Of a stretch of DNA of 24,000 nucleotides, positions 8,743-19,000 are shown piece after piece. Both the position numbers and the translations under genes were made by a program. A model generated the notes under the pieces. It had not been told where the DNA came from, made no database searches, and was given only the letters and a program-made list of their open reading frames with translations. How positions within the stretch are numbered: the first letter of the stretch is position 1; each line of letters begins with the position of its first letter. The DNA comes from Rhizobium phage RHph_Y65, in sequence record MN988525.1; one strand, 5' to 3'.

Positions 8743-8764
8743 TTTTCTAGTCAAGGTTAACAAT

Positions 8765-9952
8765 ATGAATTTTCTTTATATCACAAGAAGCATTGATCCG
8801 CTAGCTGCTGATCATCGTCCTGAAGCATATGATCGTTATCGATTCTATGCTCCGATGATGTCACGACTAGCTGAGATCGGTGGAGGTGACGTCTACCTTC
8901 AGACTCGTTATAATCCTAAGGATTATCGTCCTGGTGGTACGATTGAAAGAATGGAAAGAAATTTCCGTCTTCCTAAGAAGTACAAGACTGGTGATAAGAT
9001 TGATATGATCGTATGTGCCATCTTCTGCCCAGACGATGACATTACATTCAATGAGGATCTGAACAAGTTTCGTCAGACTCTTGAAGATACAGGTGCTCCG
9101 TATATCTATCATGACTCTGACAAAGAATTCTCTACTCAGGACGATCAGCAAGATCTTTTCCATCCAGGAAATAAGAACTATTTCCTTCAGACAATATCTA
9201 AGCTTCCAGAGGATGATATTCTCCGATCCCGACTACGCTGCGTGGCTACGTCGGTTCCGGATGCAGATTATCATCAGATTCTGAAGGATAATCTCAAGGT
9301 CGATGTAACGTATCTACCTGCTACGTTCTGGGGAGACTGGAAAGATAAGTTTGGATACACTCCTCTTTCAGATCGTAAGTACGATCTGACATTCCTTCGT
9401 GACTTCTATCTGAATCCGAAGCGTTCAGTCATTTTGAAGAATCTTGGTACTGGTGTATCGGATATCAGTGTTCTTCTTGGATCTCGTAGTGGCGACCCTT
9501 CTAGTCGTGGAGGATACATCAGCCATAAGGTTCCGACGATTGATTTTGATCAGATGCGTCAAGGAGCTACGTACAATGATCTATCGAAGTACATGTCTAA
9601 GTCTCGTCTGACTCCGTCTACGAGTATTTATATGCGTGTCACTTCTAAGCTATTCGAAGCAGCTGAGAGTCGTACTCTAGCACTACTCTTCTCTCCGTGC
9701 TTCTATTCAGACGTAGTTGATCATCCTTCTGAGGCAGATGCTTATCTGAGTCAACTTGCTCTTGTAATTCCAGGATCCACTACTGTAAGTCAGTTGATTA
9801 CACGTATTCGTAGTCTGACTGATGAAGAATACTTGAAGCTTGTTGAGGTTCAGGATAAGCTCGTTGAGACTGTATTCAGTATCAAATCTGATTACATCAC
9901 AGGCAAGCTGACCAAGATCATCACGGATTATGTAGGTAATGTGAATGGCTAA
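8765..9952 (+). CDS. Putative GT-B-like glycosyltransferase
   Basis: 395 aa, with a C-terminal segment TSIYMRVTSKLFEAAESRTLALLFSPCFYSDVV resembling the nucleotide-sugar-binding region of GT-B enzymes. Immediately precedes a GT-A-like gene. Confidence 0.45.
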   Translation: MNFLYITRSIDPLAADHRPEAYDRYRFYAPMMSRLAEIGGGDVYLQTRYNPKDYRPGGTIERMERNFRLPKKYKTGDKIDMIVCAIFCPDDDITFNEDLNKFRQTLEDTGAPYIYHDSDKEFSTQDDQQDLFHPGNKNYFLQTISKLPEDDILRSRLRCVATSVPDADYHQILKDNLKVDVTYLPATFWGDWKDKFGYTPLSDRKYDLTFLRDFYLNPKRSVILKNLGTGVSDISVLLGSRSGDPSSRGGYISHKVPTIDFDQMRQGATYNDLSKYMSKSRLTPSTSIYMRVTSKLFEAAESRTLALLFSPCFYSDVVDHPSEADAYLSQLALVIPGSTTVSQLITRIRSLTDEEYLKLVEVQDKLVETVFSIKSDYITGKLTKIITDYVGNVNG

Positions 9953-10823
9953 TGTTCTAGTTACTCTCATTACCAATCGACCAGATATTTCTTCGGAACG
10001 ATGGATCGGTACCATCGGAAAGCTATCTAAGCTTTCCGAGTACCATGATATGACCTACTCGATTCTTCTACAACCTCCTTTTACAGTAGAAGACTGTGAT
10101 AAAGTTCGTTCTCGAGTAGTTGAAGCACTCGGTCCTAAGAATCAGGTAGTCGTAGAGCATTTTATTAATCCTCCAGGTCCATTCAATTTTAGAACTGCTC
10201 GAAATCAGGCTATGTTGAATGTACCGTATCTGAATACTTTTGATTACGTTCTTATCACTGACGATGACTTCAAGTTCAGTGGTCCTACTCCTAAGGGATA
10301 TGACTCATGGGAACGTTATCATCAGGCTATTAAGTATCTCGATGAGAACCGTCGATGTGGTGGTGTATTAATCAAAGGTATGTTTGGATCTCCTCCAGTC
10401 GATAAGGGTGGAAATGAGGTATCAAAAGTACATGACGAGTACTACTCAACCAATCGAGGCATTCTTCATCGTAATGTGATGAAGTACGATAACGTAGATT
10501 GGATCTACTCAAATGAATGCTTCGATTATCCTTCTGCTCTCGAGGATGCAGCAGCTTGTTTCTCTCGAATTGAGCTCGGCTACTATTATGCTCGTATCTG
10601 GAAGTCACCCACCACACCTCTTCCTGTGAAGCAGACATGTGCTGATGACATCCCTGATGACAATATTTACTCGCGACATATGGTCAATGAAGTAGGTATT
10701 GGTAAAGCTATTCGTGAACGTTATGACGATCCTACATGGGAAGTCGATCAGAAGCGTATGCCTAAGAAACTCAACAATCTTAAACTCGAAGCCATGAACA
10801 ATCGTGGATGGGTTGTAACCTAA
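9945..10823 (+). CDS. Glycosyltransferase family 2-like (GT-A)
   Basis: N-terminal NVLVTLITNRP, NFRTARNQAML and YVLITDDDFKFSG (metal-binding DDD/DxD). 8-nt overlap with the upstream GT. Confidence 0.65.
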   Translation: MANVLVTLITNRPDISSERWIGTIGKLSKLSEYHDMTYSILLQPPFTVEDCDKVRSRVVEALGPKNQVVVEHFINPPGPFNFRTARNQAMLNVPYLNTFDYVLITDDDFKFSGPTPKGYDSWERYHQAIKYLDENRRCGGVLIKGMFGSPPVDKGGNEVSKVHDEYYSTNRGILHRNVMKYDNVDWIYSNECFDYPSALEDAAACFSRIELGYYYARIWKSPTTPLPVKQTCADDIPDDNIYSRHMVNEVGIGKAIRERYDDPTWEVDQKRMPKKLNNLKLEAMNNRGWVVT

Positions 10824-10834
10824 GGAGTCTCGAC

Positions 10835-11074
10835 ATGAAACATCTTCTTGAGAAAGCAACGACTCTCATCAAGCAGTCTAATAAACTGACTCTGGAATAC
10901 CGTAAGTCTCCAGATGAATTGAAATCTAAGACTCAAGAGATCGTCAAGCACTTTCTCGAATTCAACGAGATCGAATCGAAAGAAGATTTCATTGATCAAT
11001 TGTCGTCCAAATCTGAGGAGACAGGTAATATGGATTACCTGTCTGCAGCTGAGATTATCCGAGAGTACTCTTAA
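10835..11074 (+). CDS. Unknown protein, 79 aa, highly charged helical
   Basis: AAGGAG SD at about 10821 and ATG 10835. TAATG overlap with the next ORF. Confidence 0.6.
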   Translation: MKHLLEKATTLIKQSNKLTLEYRKSPDELKSKTQEIVKHFLEFNEIESKEDFIDQLSSKSEETGNMDYLSAAEIIREYS

Positions 11075-11379
11075 TGTTTAAAATTACTGTAGAGTCGTCT
11101 CAACCTGTTAAGAGTATCAACATTGAGTTCGGTGAAACTCAGGAGACGAAGGCTGAATTCTATCCTGTACCGACCTTTGAGACTAGAGGTGTAGAAAGTC
11201 TTAAATACGAGACTCCTCCTTCATCTGAGTCATATGAAGACGTTCTAGCAAGACGAGCATCGACTGTATCGACTACTCCTGTAAAGCCTAAAGAGACTGA
11301 GACTGCTCCAGAAGTAGTCGAGGATCTCACTAATCGACCTGCACTTGTTGATCAATCCTTTGCAGGATCTACTTTCTAA
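11074..11379 (+). CDS. Unknown protein, 101 aa, Pro/Glu/Thr-rich C-terminus
   Basis: Intact ORF coupled to 10835-11074 and 8 nt upstream of the actin-like gene. Confidence 0.6.
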   Translation: MFKITVESSQPVKSINIEFGETQETKAEFYPVPTFETRGVESLKYETPPSSESYEDVLARRASTVSTTPVKPKETETAPEVVEDLTNRPALVDQSFAGSTF

Positions 11380-11387
11380 GAGGTAAT

Positions 11388-12353
11388 ATGAAAACTGTAT
11401 TAGGTCTTGATCCTGGGTACGGAGACTTCAAGGTATGCTTCGGTAATTCTAAAGGGATTATCTCTAAGCTATACAAGTTCAACTCCGTACTAGGTCGTGT
11501 TGATGTCAGTCAACATATCAACGATACTCGAGTTTATGGATATAAAGGTACGACCTACTATGTAGGTGAGATGGCCTTGAAACTTGAGTCATCTCGAATC
11601 ATCGACTTGATGTCTTACAACAATCTGGAGACATTCTCTCCTCTCCTGATTGAACATGTCATCAATGAACTAGGAGAAGTTCCAGATATCGTCGTATGTG
11701 GTCTTTCGATCGCTCACGTTGACTATTCAGGATACTATCGAGATGCGATTCTTAACTATCTTGTTAAGGAGAAGAATCTTCCAATCAAGGATGTCCGCAT
11801 CATCCCACAAGGTGTAGGTGGTAAGTTAACGTATGACAAGTATGGTCGTACATTCCCTGCCCTCACATCAGAATTCAGTGATGACAACAACTATGTAGGT
11901 TGTGATATTGGATTCAATACACTCGATGTATTCCATGTCATTCAGAACAAGGTATCTCCTAACTTGATTAGAGGTATTGAGAGTCAAGGTGTAGTCAAGA
12001 TCGTAACTCGACTTCTTGAGTATATCAAGAATGACTACAGTCTGGAGTTCTCTGTTAAGGAAGGTAAGAACATCCTTGATAATGGTCAATTTAAGATCCG
12101 TGGACGTGAATTTGATGTCACCAAACAGATTGAAGTGATCAAACGTTCTTATCTTGAAGAAGTCAAGGAACTCATCGAGAATGAATTCGGAGCAGTACTT
12201 GACAAGGTCGAGAAGATCAAGATGTTTGGAGGAGGTTCATATCTCTTCAATACGATGAATGACTCCTTCATCGAAACTCCAGAATCTCGTGCTGAATACT
12301 ATAATTCCATCGGGAATTATCTACATGGCTTGACAATTGTCGAGAAAGATTAA
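11388..12353 (+). CDS. ParM/StbA-like actin-family ATPase
   Basis: Actin-fold motifs: phosphate-1 TVLGLDPGYGDFKVCFG, phosphate-2 VGCDIGFNTLDVFHV, adenosine motif KIKMFGGGSYLFN. 321 aa. Confidence 0.85.
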   Translation: MKTVLGLDPGYGDFKVCFGNSKGIISKLYKFNSVLGRVDVSQHINDTRVYGYKGTTYYVGEMALKLESSRIIDLMSYNNLETFSPLLIEHVINELGEVPDIVVCGLSIAHVDYSGYYRDAILNYLVKEKNLPIKDVRIIPQGVGGKLTYDKYGRTFPALTSEFSDDNNYVGCDIGFNTLDVFHVIQNKVSPNLIRGIESQGVVKIVTRLLEYIKNDYSLEFSVKEGKNILDNGQFKIRGREFDVTKQIEVIKRSYLEEVKELIENEFGAVLDKVEKIKMFGGGSYLFNTMNDSFIETPESRAEYYNSIGNYLHGLTIVEKD

Positions 12354-12357
12354 TCTT

Positions 12358-12398
12358 AAGGTCTACTAGAAGAGATTCTAGTAGACCTTTTCTTTTTG
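12358..12398 (+). terminator. Rho-independent terminator
   Basis: Perfect 14-bp inverted repeat AAGGTCTACTAGAA - GAGA - TTCTAGTAGACCTT followed by TTCTTTTT. Confidence 0.92.
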
Positions 12399-12406
12399 AG
12401 GATAAA

Positions 12407-12766
12407 ATGCTCAAATTAGATAGAAGTGTCAAAGAGTCTGAGTGTCTACACTACGAATTTGATATTAATGGTGGTTATAGCATTACACTAAAAATCGTCT
12501 TTGATGATACTGAAGAGAATGCGATTCACTTTGATTCTCATGATCACGATGTTCAGATTAATGGATTTAAATATTATATTTTAGACTCAGATACATACAG
12601 TAATGGGACATCAATGAGGATTATGAAGATATCGTCTACAAATGATGATAGTGCTAAATACCTGATGTCTTATATTGAAGGTTTTATAATCAAAAATAAA
12701 TTAGGAAACTCTAGCGGACTTCGATATAGATCTTATATACGATCAGATCAACATTCACTCAAGTGA
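12407..12766 (+). CDS. Unknown protein, 119 aa
   Basis: Intact ORF between the terminator and the DUF72 gene. Confidence 0.6.
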   Translation: MLKLDRSVKESECLHYEFDINGGYSITLKIVFDDTEENAIHFDSHDHDVQINGFKYYILDSDTYSNGTSMRIMKISSTNDDSAKYLMSYIEGFIIKNKLGNSSGLRYRSYIRSDQHSLK

Positions 12767-12775
12767 GGACAGAAG

Positions 12776-13504
12776 ATGGCTCGTTGCTATGTAGGATGTA
12801 GTGGATTCTCGTATAATCATTGGAATGATAACTTCTACCCTGCAGGAGTAGAGCGGTTTTCATTTTATACGAGTCAATTTGATTCATTAGAGATCAATAG
12901 TTCATTCTACAGATTACCTAGTGCAAGCGTATTCTACTCATGGTATCGACGATCACCTGCTCATATGACATTCACTGTGAAAGCTCCTCAGACGATTACT
13001 CATCGTAAGAAGCTAAAGGATGCTGACGATATAGTTCAGAGATTCTATGAGAATACTCTTGAGCTAGGTGACAAGATGAAATGTGTCTTATGGCAGTTAC
13101 CTCCTAATTTCTCCATAAGAATGTATGATCGTGTCAAGAAATTCTGTGACAGTATTCATAACAGATTTCCTAATTCAGCATTCGAGTTCAGACATCCTTC
13201 ATGGATGCAGACTCACGTACCTCAACTTCTATCTGCATACGACTTTGAGTTTGTACGTACAGATTTTCATAAATACGTAAATGTATCCATGGATGGATCC
13301 TCGTCTAAATTCCAGTACTATCGATTACATGGACCTACAGGTCAGTATCACGGTCGCTACACTGATGAGTTTCTTGAGAATATAGCTGATCGTCTAACGG
13401 ATGGATCATTCGTATTCTTCGATAATGATAGTGGAGGTCAAGCTCCTAGGGATGCTAAAAGATTAATCAAAATTCTAGAGACAAGAAATGAAATTAAATT
13501 ATAG
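12776..13504 (+). CDS. DUF72 family protein (YecE-like)
   Basis: CYVGCSGFSYNHWNDNFYPAGV, FDSLEINSSFYRLPSASVFYSWYRRSPAHMTFTVKAPQTITH, MKCVLWQLPPNFS, YYRLHGPTGQYHGRYTDEFL and VFFDNDSGGQAPRDAKRL are diagnostic DUF72 blocks. Confidence 0.93.
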   Translation: MARCYVGCSGFSYNHWNDNFYPAGVERFSFYTSQFDSLEINSSFYRLPSASVFYSWYRRSPAHMTFTVKAPQTITHRKKLKDADDIVQRFYENTLELGDKMKCVLWQLPPNFSIRMYDRVKKFCDSIHNRFPNSAFEFRHPSWMQTHVPQLLSAYDFEFVRTDFHKYVNVSMDGSSSKFQYYRLHGPTGQYHGRYTDEFLENIADRLTDGSFVFFDNDSGGQAPRDAKRLIKILETRNEIKL

Positions 13505-14033
13505 AGCATATGCAGGAATTGGATCAAGAAGTACTCCTCCACATATTCTTGAATTTATGAGAATTCTAGCATTCAAGCTTGGATCTCAAGAAGATCCGTG
13601 GACTGGTCGATCAGGTCACGCTGATGGTGCAGATGATGCATTCGAAGTAGGTATGGAACAAGCTAATGGACCTATGGAGATCTTTCTACCGTGGAGAGGT
13701 ATGGCTAACAGTCGATGTAAGAGTGATTCTCCATACTATGAAATCAAAACAATTGCTTACGATCTAGCTTCTAGGATTCACCCTAAGTGGTACGGATTAA
13801 CTCATGGAGCTAAGAAACTTCATGCTAGGAATACTTATCAAGTCCTAGGTTACGATCATCAGACTTGGAGTAAAGCTGTTGTATGCTATACATCTGACGG
13901 TCTACCAATTGGAGGTACTCGTACAGCGATTAAGATCGCAGAGATGCACGGTATTCCGGTTATCAATCTAGGTGATCCTGAGTGTAAATACGAAACTCCT
14001 GATCAAGTTGTGGAATATTTAAACTCTCTATAG
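13488..14033 (+). CDS. SLOG/DprA-like Rossmann-fold protein
   Basis: YAGIGSRSTPPHILEFM, TGRSGHADGADDAFEVG and VCYTSDGLPIGGTRTAIKIAEMHGIPVINLGD match the DprA/LOG-like pattern (GSR..P, G.A.GAD, GGT..A...A....P..NL). Overlaps the DUF72 gene by 17 nt. Confidence 0.75.
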   Translation: MKLNYRAYAGIGSRSTPPHILEFMRILAFKLGSQEDPWTGRSGHADGADDAFEVGMEQANGPMEIFLPWRGMANSRCKSDSPYYEIKTIAYDLASRIHPKWYGLTHGAKKLHARNTYQVLGYDHQTWSKAVVCYTSDGLPIGGTRTAIKIAEMHGIPVINLGDPECKYETPDQVVEYLNSL

Positions 14034-14091
14034 AGCGAATCTAGCGTGGGAAAGCCTTCCTTCTTAGTCAGAATAATATGAGATCTTAGAA

Positions 14092-14994
14092 ATGTTTGAC
14101 ATTAATGTTGATAATCCTAACCTTGCTGCGATCCTGGAATCGTATCGTGGAAAGAAGATTGACTACTTTCATAATAATGGTAACGCAGGTGATGCGATCA
14201 TCGCAGTAGGTACGTATCAGACTTTTGATAAGTTTGGTATTGACTACTCTGCTTACAATAAACCTCGTGCTCATAAGCAAACGAGCGATACTGTTTTCAT
14301 CGCAGGTGGTGGTAATCTCGTAAGTTATTATCCTGATTGTGAGAAGGCTATCAAGGAAGCTATGAAGAAGTACGATAGAATCATCGTTCTCCCTCATTCT
14401 ATCCGAGGTAAAGAAGATCTTCTGAAGTCAATGGATAAGCGTTTCACGATTTTTACTCGTGAGGTACCTTCTGATAATTATGTAAGATCAGTGGTCAATT
14501 CAGATGTGACTGTTCATCTGGAACATGATATGGCATTCTTTATGGATGTCAAAGCTATCTTTGAAGATAATTCTATTAAAGATAAAGTCGAGAAATTCTA
14601 TCGTAACAAGCTCCGATCTGTTAATCGTCTACCTGATGACATTATCGGTAAAGACAACTACTGCTTCCGTGAAGATGTTGAGGCAGTTGTTAATGTGAAG
14701 TCTTCTCAGAACGTAGATATTTCCTACGTATTCGAACGAGGACTTGATCGTACTAATGCTTTTATTGCAGCAGCAGCATTCTTGAAATATATTGATGCTT
14801 CAAAGTCAATTACTACAAGTCGTCTTCATACAGGCATTGGTGCAGCTATGTGCGGTACTCCTGCTACGGTATTTGATAATTCATATGGCAAGATTTCTAG
14901 TATCTACGAATTCTCAATGAAGGATCGTGGATACAACTTCCGTGTAGGTCTCATTGATGAAATGAGATCAATTATCGAACGAATTGAGGACTGA
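14092..14994 (+). CDS. Polysaccharide pyruvyl transferase family protein
   Basis: DYFHNNGNAGDAIIAVG, TVFIAGGGNLVSYY, IIVLPHSIRG, TIFTREVPS, HLEHDMAF, SRLHTGIGAAMCGTPATVFDNSYGKISSIYE are the ordered motifs of the PS_pyruv_trans family. Confidence 0.87.
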   Translation: MFDINVDNPNLAAILESYRGKKIDYFHNNGNAGDAIIAVGTYQTFDKFGIDYSAYNKPRAHKQTSDTVFIAGGGNLVSYYPDCEKAIKEAMKKYDRIIVLPHSIRGKEDLLKSMDKRFTIFTREVPSDNYVRSVVNSDVTVHLEHDMAFFMDVKAIFEDNSIKDKVEKFYRNKLRSVNRLPDDIIGKDNYCFREDVEAVVNVKSSQNVDISYVFERGLDRTNAFIAAAAFLKYIDASKSITTSRLHTGIGAAMCGTPATVFDNSYGKISSIYEFSMKDRGYNFRVGLIDEMRSIIERIED

Positions 14995-15585
14995 ATGAAC
15001 ATCTTCATCTTGGATCCAGATCCGATCAAGTCTGCTAGATCATACGTCGCGAGTCATCAGAAGATTATTCTGGAGGCTACTCAGATGTTATGCACTAACG
15101 TAAGACTAACAAATGGTAAGCTTAGAGTCCCTATTCATCCATTTACAGGTCGTAAGAGAAAATTCTGGGTCCTCGATGGAGAGGAGTTAATGTACAAGGA
15201 GAATCCTGAGAATCCTTCTAAGGGATTCTTCTGGATCAAGTCTTCTAACAAGATTTATGGTGCATGTCATGCTAATCATCCTTGGACTGTATGGGGTCGT
15301 AAGTCTAGGGAAAATTTCGTATGGATGCAAAACTTTGTTGAGATACTTAACAATGAATTTATGAGTCGAGGATATAGATCCCATGGATCAGCCTCTATAG
15401 CTAAGTCTCTAATCGTACCTGATTTACCTGAGACTGGACTGACTCCGATGCCTCACTGCGTTGATCCTGGATCTAAATCGGATGACGTAGTTGAAAGCTA
15501 TAGAAATTATTATCGTAGAAGCAAGAAGCACTTACATGTATGGAAATCCGTTCCTATACCTGATTGGATAAATAATGAAGAATAG
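14995..15585 (+). CDS. Unknown protein, 196 aa
   Basis: Intact ORF starting directly after the pyruvyl transferase stop (TGAATG). Confidence 0.6.
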   Translation: MNIFILDPDPIKSARSYVASHQKIILEATQMLCTNVRLTNGKLRVPIHPFTGRKRKFWVLDGEELMYKENPENPSKGFFWIKSSNKIYGACHANHPWTVWGRKSRENFVWMQNFVEILNNEFMSRGYRSHGSASIAKSLIVPDLPETGLTPMPHCVDPGSKSDDVVESYRNYYRRSKKHLHVWKSVPIPDWINNEE

Positions 15586-15592
15586 ATATCTA

Positions 15593-15733
15593 ATGTTAGA
15601 ATCTAGTAAGAAAAACAAGAATAAGGTTAAGTCTAAGCTTCTCGAATCTGTTACAGAGAAGACTGTGAAGAAGGAAGATAATCCTAATTCTAATCGTGCT
15701 CTGAAATTGCTGAGTTTAACTAACGGTAAATAA
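15593..15733 (+). CDS. Small lysine-rich unknown protein, 46 aa
   Basis: Not in the supplied ORF track: ATG 15593 to TAA 15731-15733, MLESSKKNKNKVKSKLLESVTEKTVKKEDNPNSNRALKLLSLTNGK. It fills the only gap between two genes and abuts the next start (TAATATG). Confidence 0.5.
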   Translation: MLESSKKNKNKVKSKLLESVTEKTVKKEDNPNSNRALKLLSLTNGK

Positions 15734-15734
15734 T

Positions 15735-16052
15735 ATGACCGAATCTGATATTTTCTCTAAGTTTAGACAAGGTCGTAACGATATTGATCGTGATGCCTGC
15801 TTGCATATGTTGCTGGCTAATTGCTGGAATCGTAATTCTTTGGTTTCAGTAGAATTTCCTGTAAGACCTAATATTAATTTATGTGTTGATTTTGTGATTT
15901 CTCCGTCTCTACGATCGATTGATGTTAAGAGGAAAGAATACAAGTCATTCATAGGTGGTAATGAAACATTATCTACCAGTCTCGATCTAGCTAAAGATGC
16001 TCTCGAGAAATTGGAAGAAGTGTTCTACGCATCGATGTTTGGAGCCCACTAA
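15735..16052 (+). CDS. Unknown protein, 105 aa
   Basis: Intact ORF 2 nt upstream of the AAA+ gene. Confidence 0.6.
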   Translation: MTESDIFSKFRQGRNDIDRDACLHMLLANCWNRNSLVSVEFPVRPNINLCVDFVISPSLRSIDVKRKEYKSFIGGNETLSTSLDLAKDALEKLEEVFYASMFGAH

Positions 16053-16054
16053 AT

Positions 16055-19000
16055 ATGTCAATTAATTCCAGAGACTACGCTCCGTTATTATCTTATGCTA
16101 AGATGCTAACGTCAAGACTGTCTACTATTCCAGACGTCACGATGATTGGTAACTTTGCTAAGACTCCTCCTAATCTTAATGTCTTTCAAATTAAGCCTAC
16201 TCTGATCCGATTCGGTACTGATCTTCTCATTCAAGGTGACAAGTCAGATATCGTACTCGGATCTAATTATCTTGCTGCTCATCCTAAGGATGAATACGAA
16301 ATCCTCGAATATGAGGATCCTAGCATCGCTGCACGTCGATTCGAGAGTACATGGGGTATGACTCTTGAAGAGTATGATGACCATGTTAAAGTTCTGAATA
16401 CGCAAGTAGCTACTGTCAATAACGAAAGTTATGTCCTAGATGAGGAGACGAAAGCTAAGATGTCAGATGCATCAGACTTTCTCACACGATGGATTAGAAT
16501 GTTCAGTTCTAAGACCAACAAAGCACCACTGCTAGTTGGTCATTCAGGTATCTCGAAATCTGCATTCGTTAAGGAAGTTATATCTCGTCTAGATGCTCAG
16601 TCGACTGAATGGGGATATCGCCTCGTTGACATTCGTGCTGCTTATCTTGATAAGACTGACCTCATGGGTTACATCTCTGTCGAGAGTTTCAAGGGTAATG
16701 ATGTATGGACTGACTCTCCTAAGATTGAATTCTTGACATCTACATCTGAGTTCATCAAGGAGTGCCGTAAGTTCGTTACGACTACTCCTCGTGATGATGA
16801 CAACGGTGAGATGTGGGATATCGTCAAGGAATATTCCAAGACACCTGTCCTCTTCTTCGATGAAATCAATCGTGCACCTGCTTATATTCAAGCTCAGGTC
16901 ATGATCATCATCAACCAGCATCGTCTGAACGACTACTCGCTGGATCTCGCTCCTAAGATCGCTGCTGCTAACGTACCGATTGATATGGAAGATCTTGATG
17001 ATACGCAGAAAGAACTGATCAAGTACGTTCTGCAGGATGAGATCACCGATAAGGCAATCATTGACCGATTCATTCCTATAGAAATCAAAGGTAAGGATAA
17101 ATCTGTTATTGATGCTACGTATTCATATCTCACCAGAAGATATGCTACGAGTGGTGCCAGTATGGACCTTCTTGAGTCTGTCTACAAGAAGGGTAAACCT
17201 CTTCATGACATCACGACAATCGATAAGTATGGTAAGTTCAGATCACACCGTGGTCTAGAATTTGTATGTACGTACCTGTCAGGTTGTGAAGGCGCTAAAG
17301 AGAAACCTATGCTATCAGTGATCAAGTCACTGATTGGTGAGAATGCTACGGATGATTATGTAAGTTATCTTGCTGAGAAATTCAAGACGACTAAAGAAAA
17401 TCTCTCTAAGAAGATCTTTGATCTGAATGAGTCAACTTCCAAGTTTACAGCTCATTGCATCAAGTTCAATATTCCTACGATGCTACTAGGTCGTATGGGT
17501 ATTGGTAAGACTGCTAAGATCAATGCTGCTACGAAAGAATTGGATGCTGATGTTATCAACATCGATCTTTCCTCGAGAGATCGTACTGATATCAGTGGAT
17601 TCCCGAGTCAGTATTCCTTTGCTCAGTATATCTTCAGCAAGGGTGGTCAGAATGATGATCTAACAACATCCTCCGCATTCAGACAATTTGAAGCTCAACT
17701 AGTTAACAATCCTAATGTTCCTAAGAAGACAACTGGATTCGTAGGTAGTGGTACTCTTACTCGTCGTCTGGATGAAGCTAGAGCATCTGGTAAGAAACTA
17801 GTTATTGTATTCGATGAGATCAATCGTGCATCTCCTATCGTCCAGTCAGCCGTCTTTGAAGCAATCTCTGATAAGCGATTCATGGGTGTATCTCTAGAAG
17901 GTATCGACTACTCTGTCGTATCTGCTGGTAATTGGGAAGATCCTAACGAGTCTTCAGGTAACTATCAGGTTACACCTCTTGATACTGCTACTCTTCACCG
18001 ATTTGCATCTCGAGTCATCGATAAGATGACAGAAGACGATATCGGAGAAATGAGAGACTTCATCAAGACAACGTATCCGAATACTTACTCTGCTCTCAAT
18101 ATGGGTCAGATGAGTAACAACGATATCGTTCAACTCCTGAATACTTCTTCAGATGAAGATGATAACGCTGAGCCAGGTACTGAATGGGCTAGACCCTCAT
18201 TCTCGATGCGTACATTCCAGTCTCTGAACGAGATCCTGGATATGTATAAGTTCGTCTGGACTCAAGAGATGACGGTAGATGAATCGGACGATATCGTCAA
18301 GGTACTCGAATCACCTAACTACATTCTCCGTGATCGTGCAGGTGAAGAAGTTACTCTGAGAACATCAGGTATAAAGAAGTACTTCCCGAGTCTAGTAGTT
18401 GAAGACTTTATCGCTAAAGCTGCTCAGATGCTGGGTGACGATAATGTTTCAGTCCTCGATAAAAGTATGATTCTTGCAGAGCTTCAATACAATGAAGTCA
18501 CTGCATATCAGTCACTTGAGAAGGCTGTCCGAGGAGTCATTCCTGGATCAATGCTTAAGCATATGGGATCAGGTCTTCGTGTATACTATACGGATCTGAG
18601 TAAGGCTTCAGTAGGTGCTGTTGATCTTGATCAATTAGTTATGGAACTCTCGGATAATGAAATCCGTAAGGTTCTAAACAAGATGATCTCAAGATCTGAG
18701 GCTTCGAAGACTAATGACGTTATCAAGAGTGCTATCATTGCTCTTGGTCAGGCTAATGAGATCTCTGTCGATTATATTAACAAGATTCTCAGTCTGTACA
18801 AGTCAGTAGTTCCAACATCTACGATCAGTCTTGTTGATATCTTGAATCAGATTCCAGACGAGAATATCGTAAGTGGAGGGTCTGAGATTGTATTCAACTT
18901 CATAGATCTTGCTGCATTCCCTGAACGTGATGTCATCTTACAGTCAGGTTCTGTCTCAGTAGGTACACCAGTTTCGACTAATCCTACTGATTATAAGTTC

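Noticed and set aside
10808-10834. Start of the 88-aa ORF at 10808
   Set aside because: Lies inside the GT-A gene; ATG 10835 has an AAGGAG SD at appropriate spacing.
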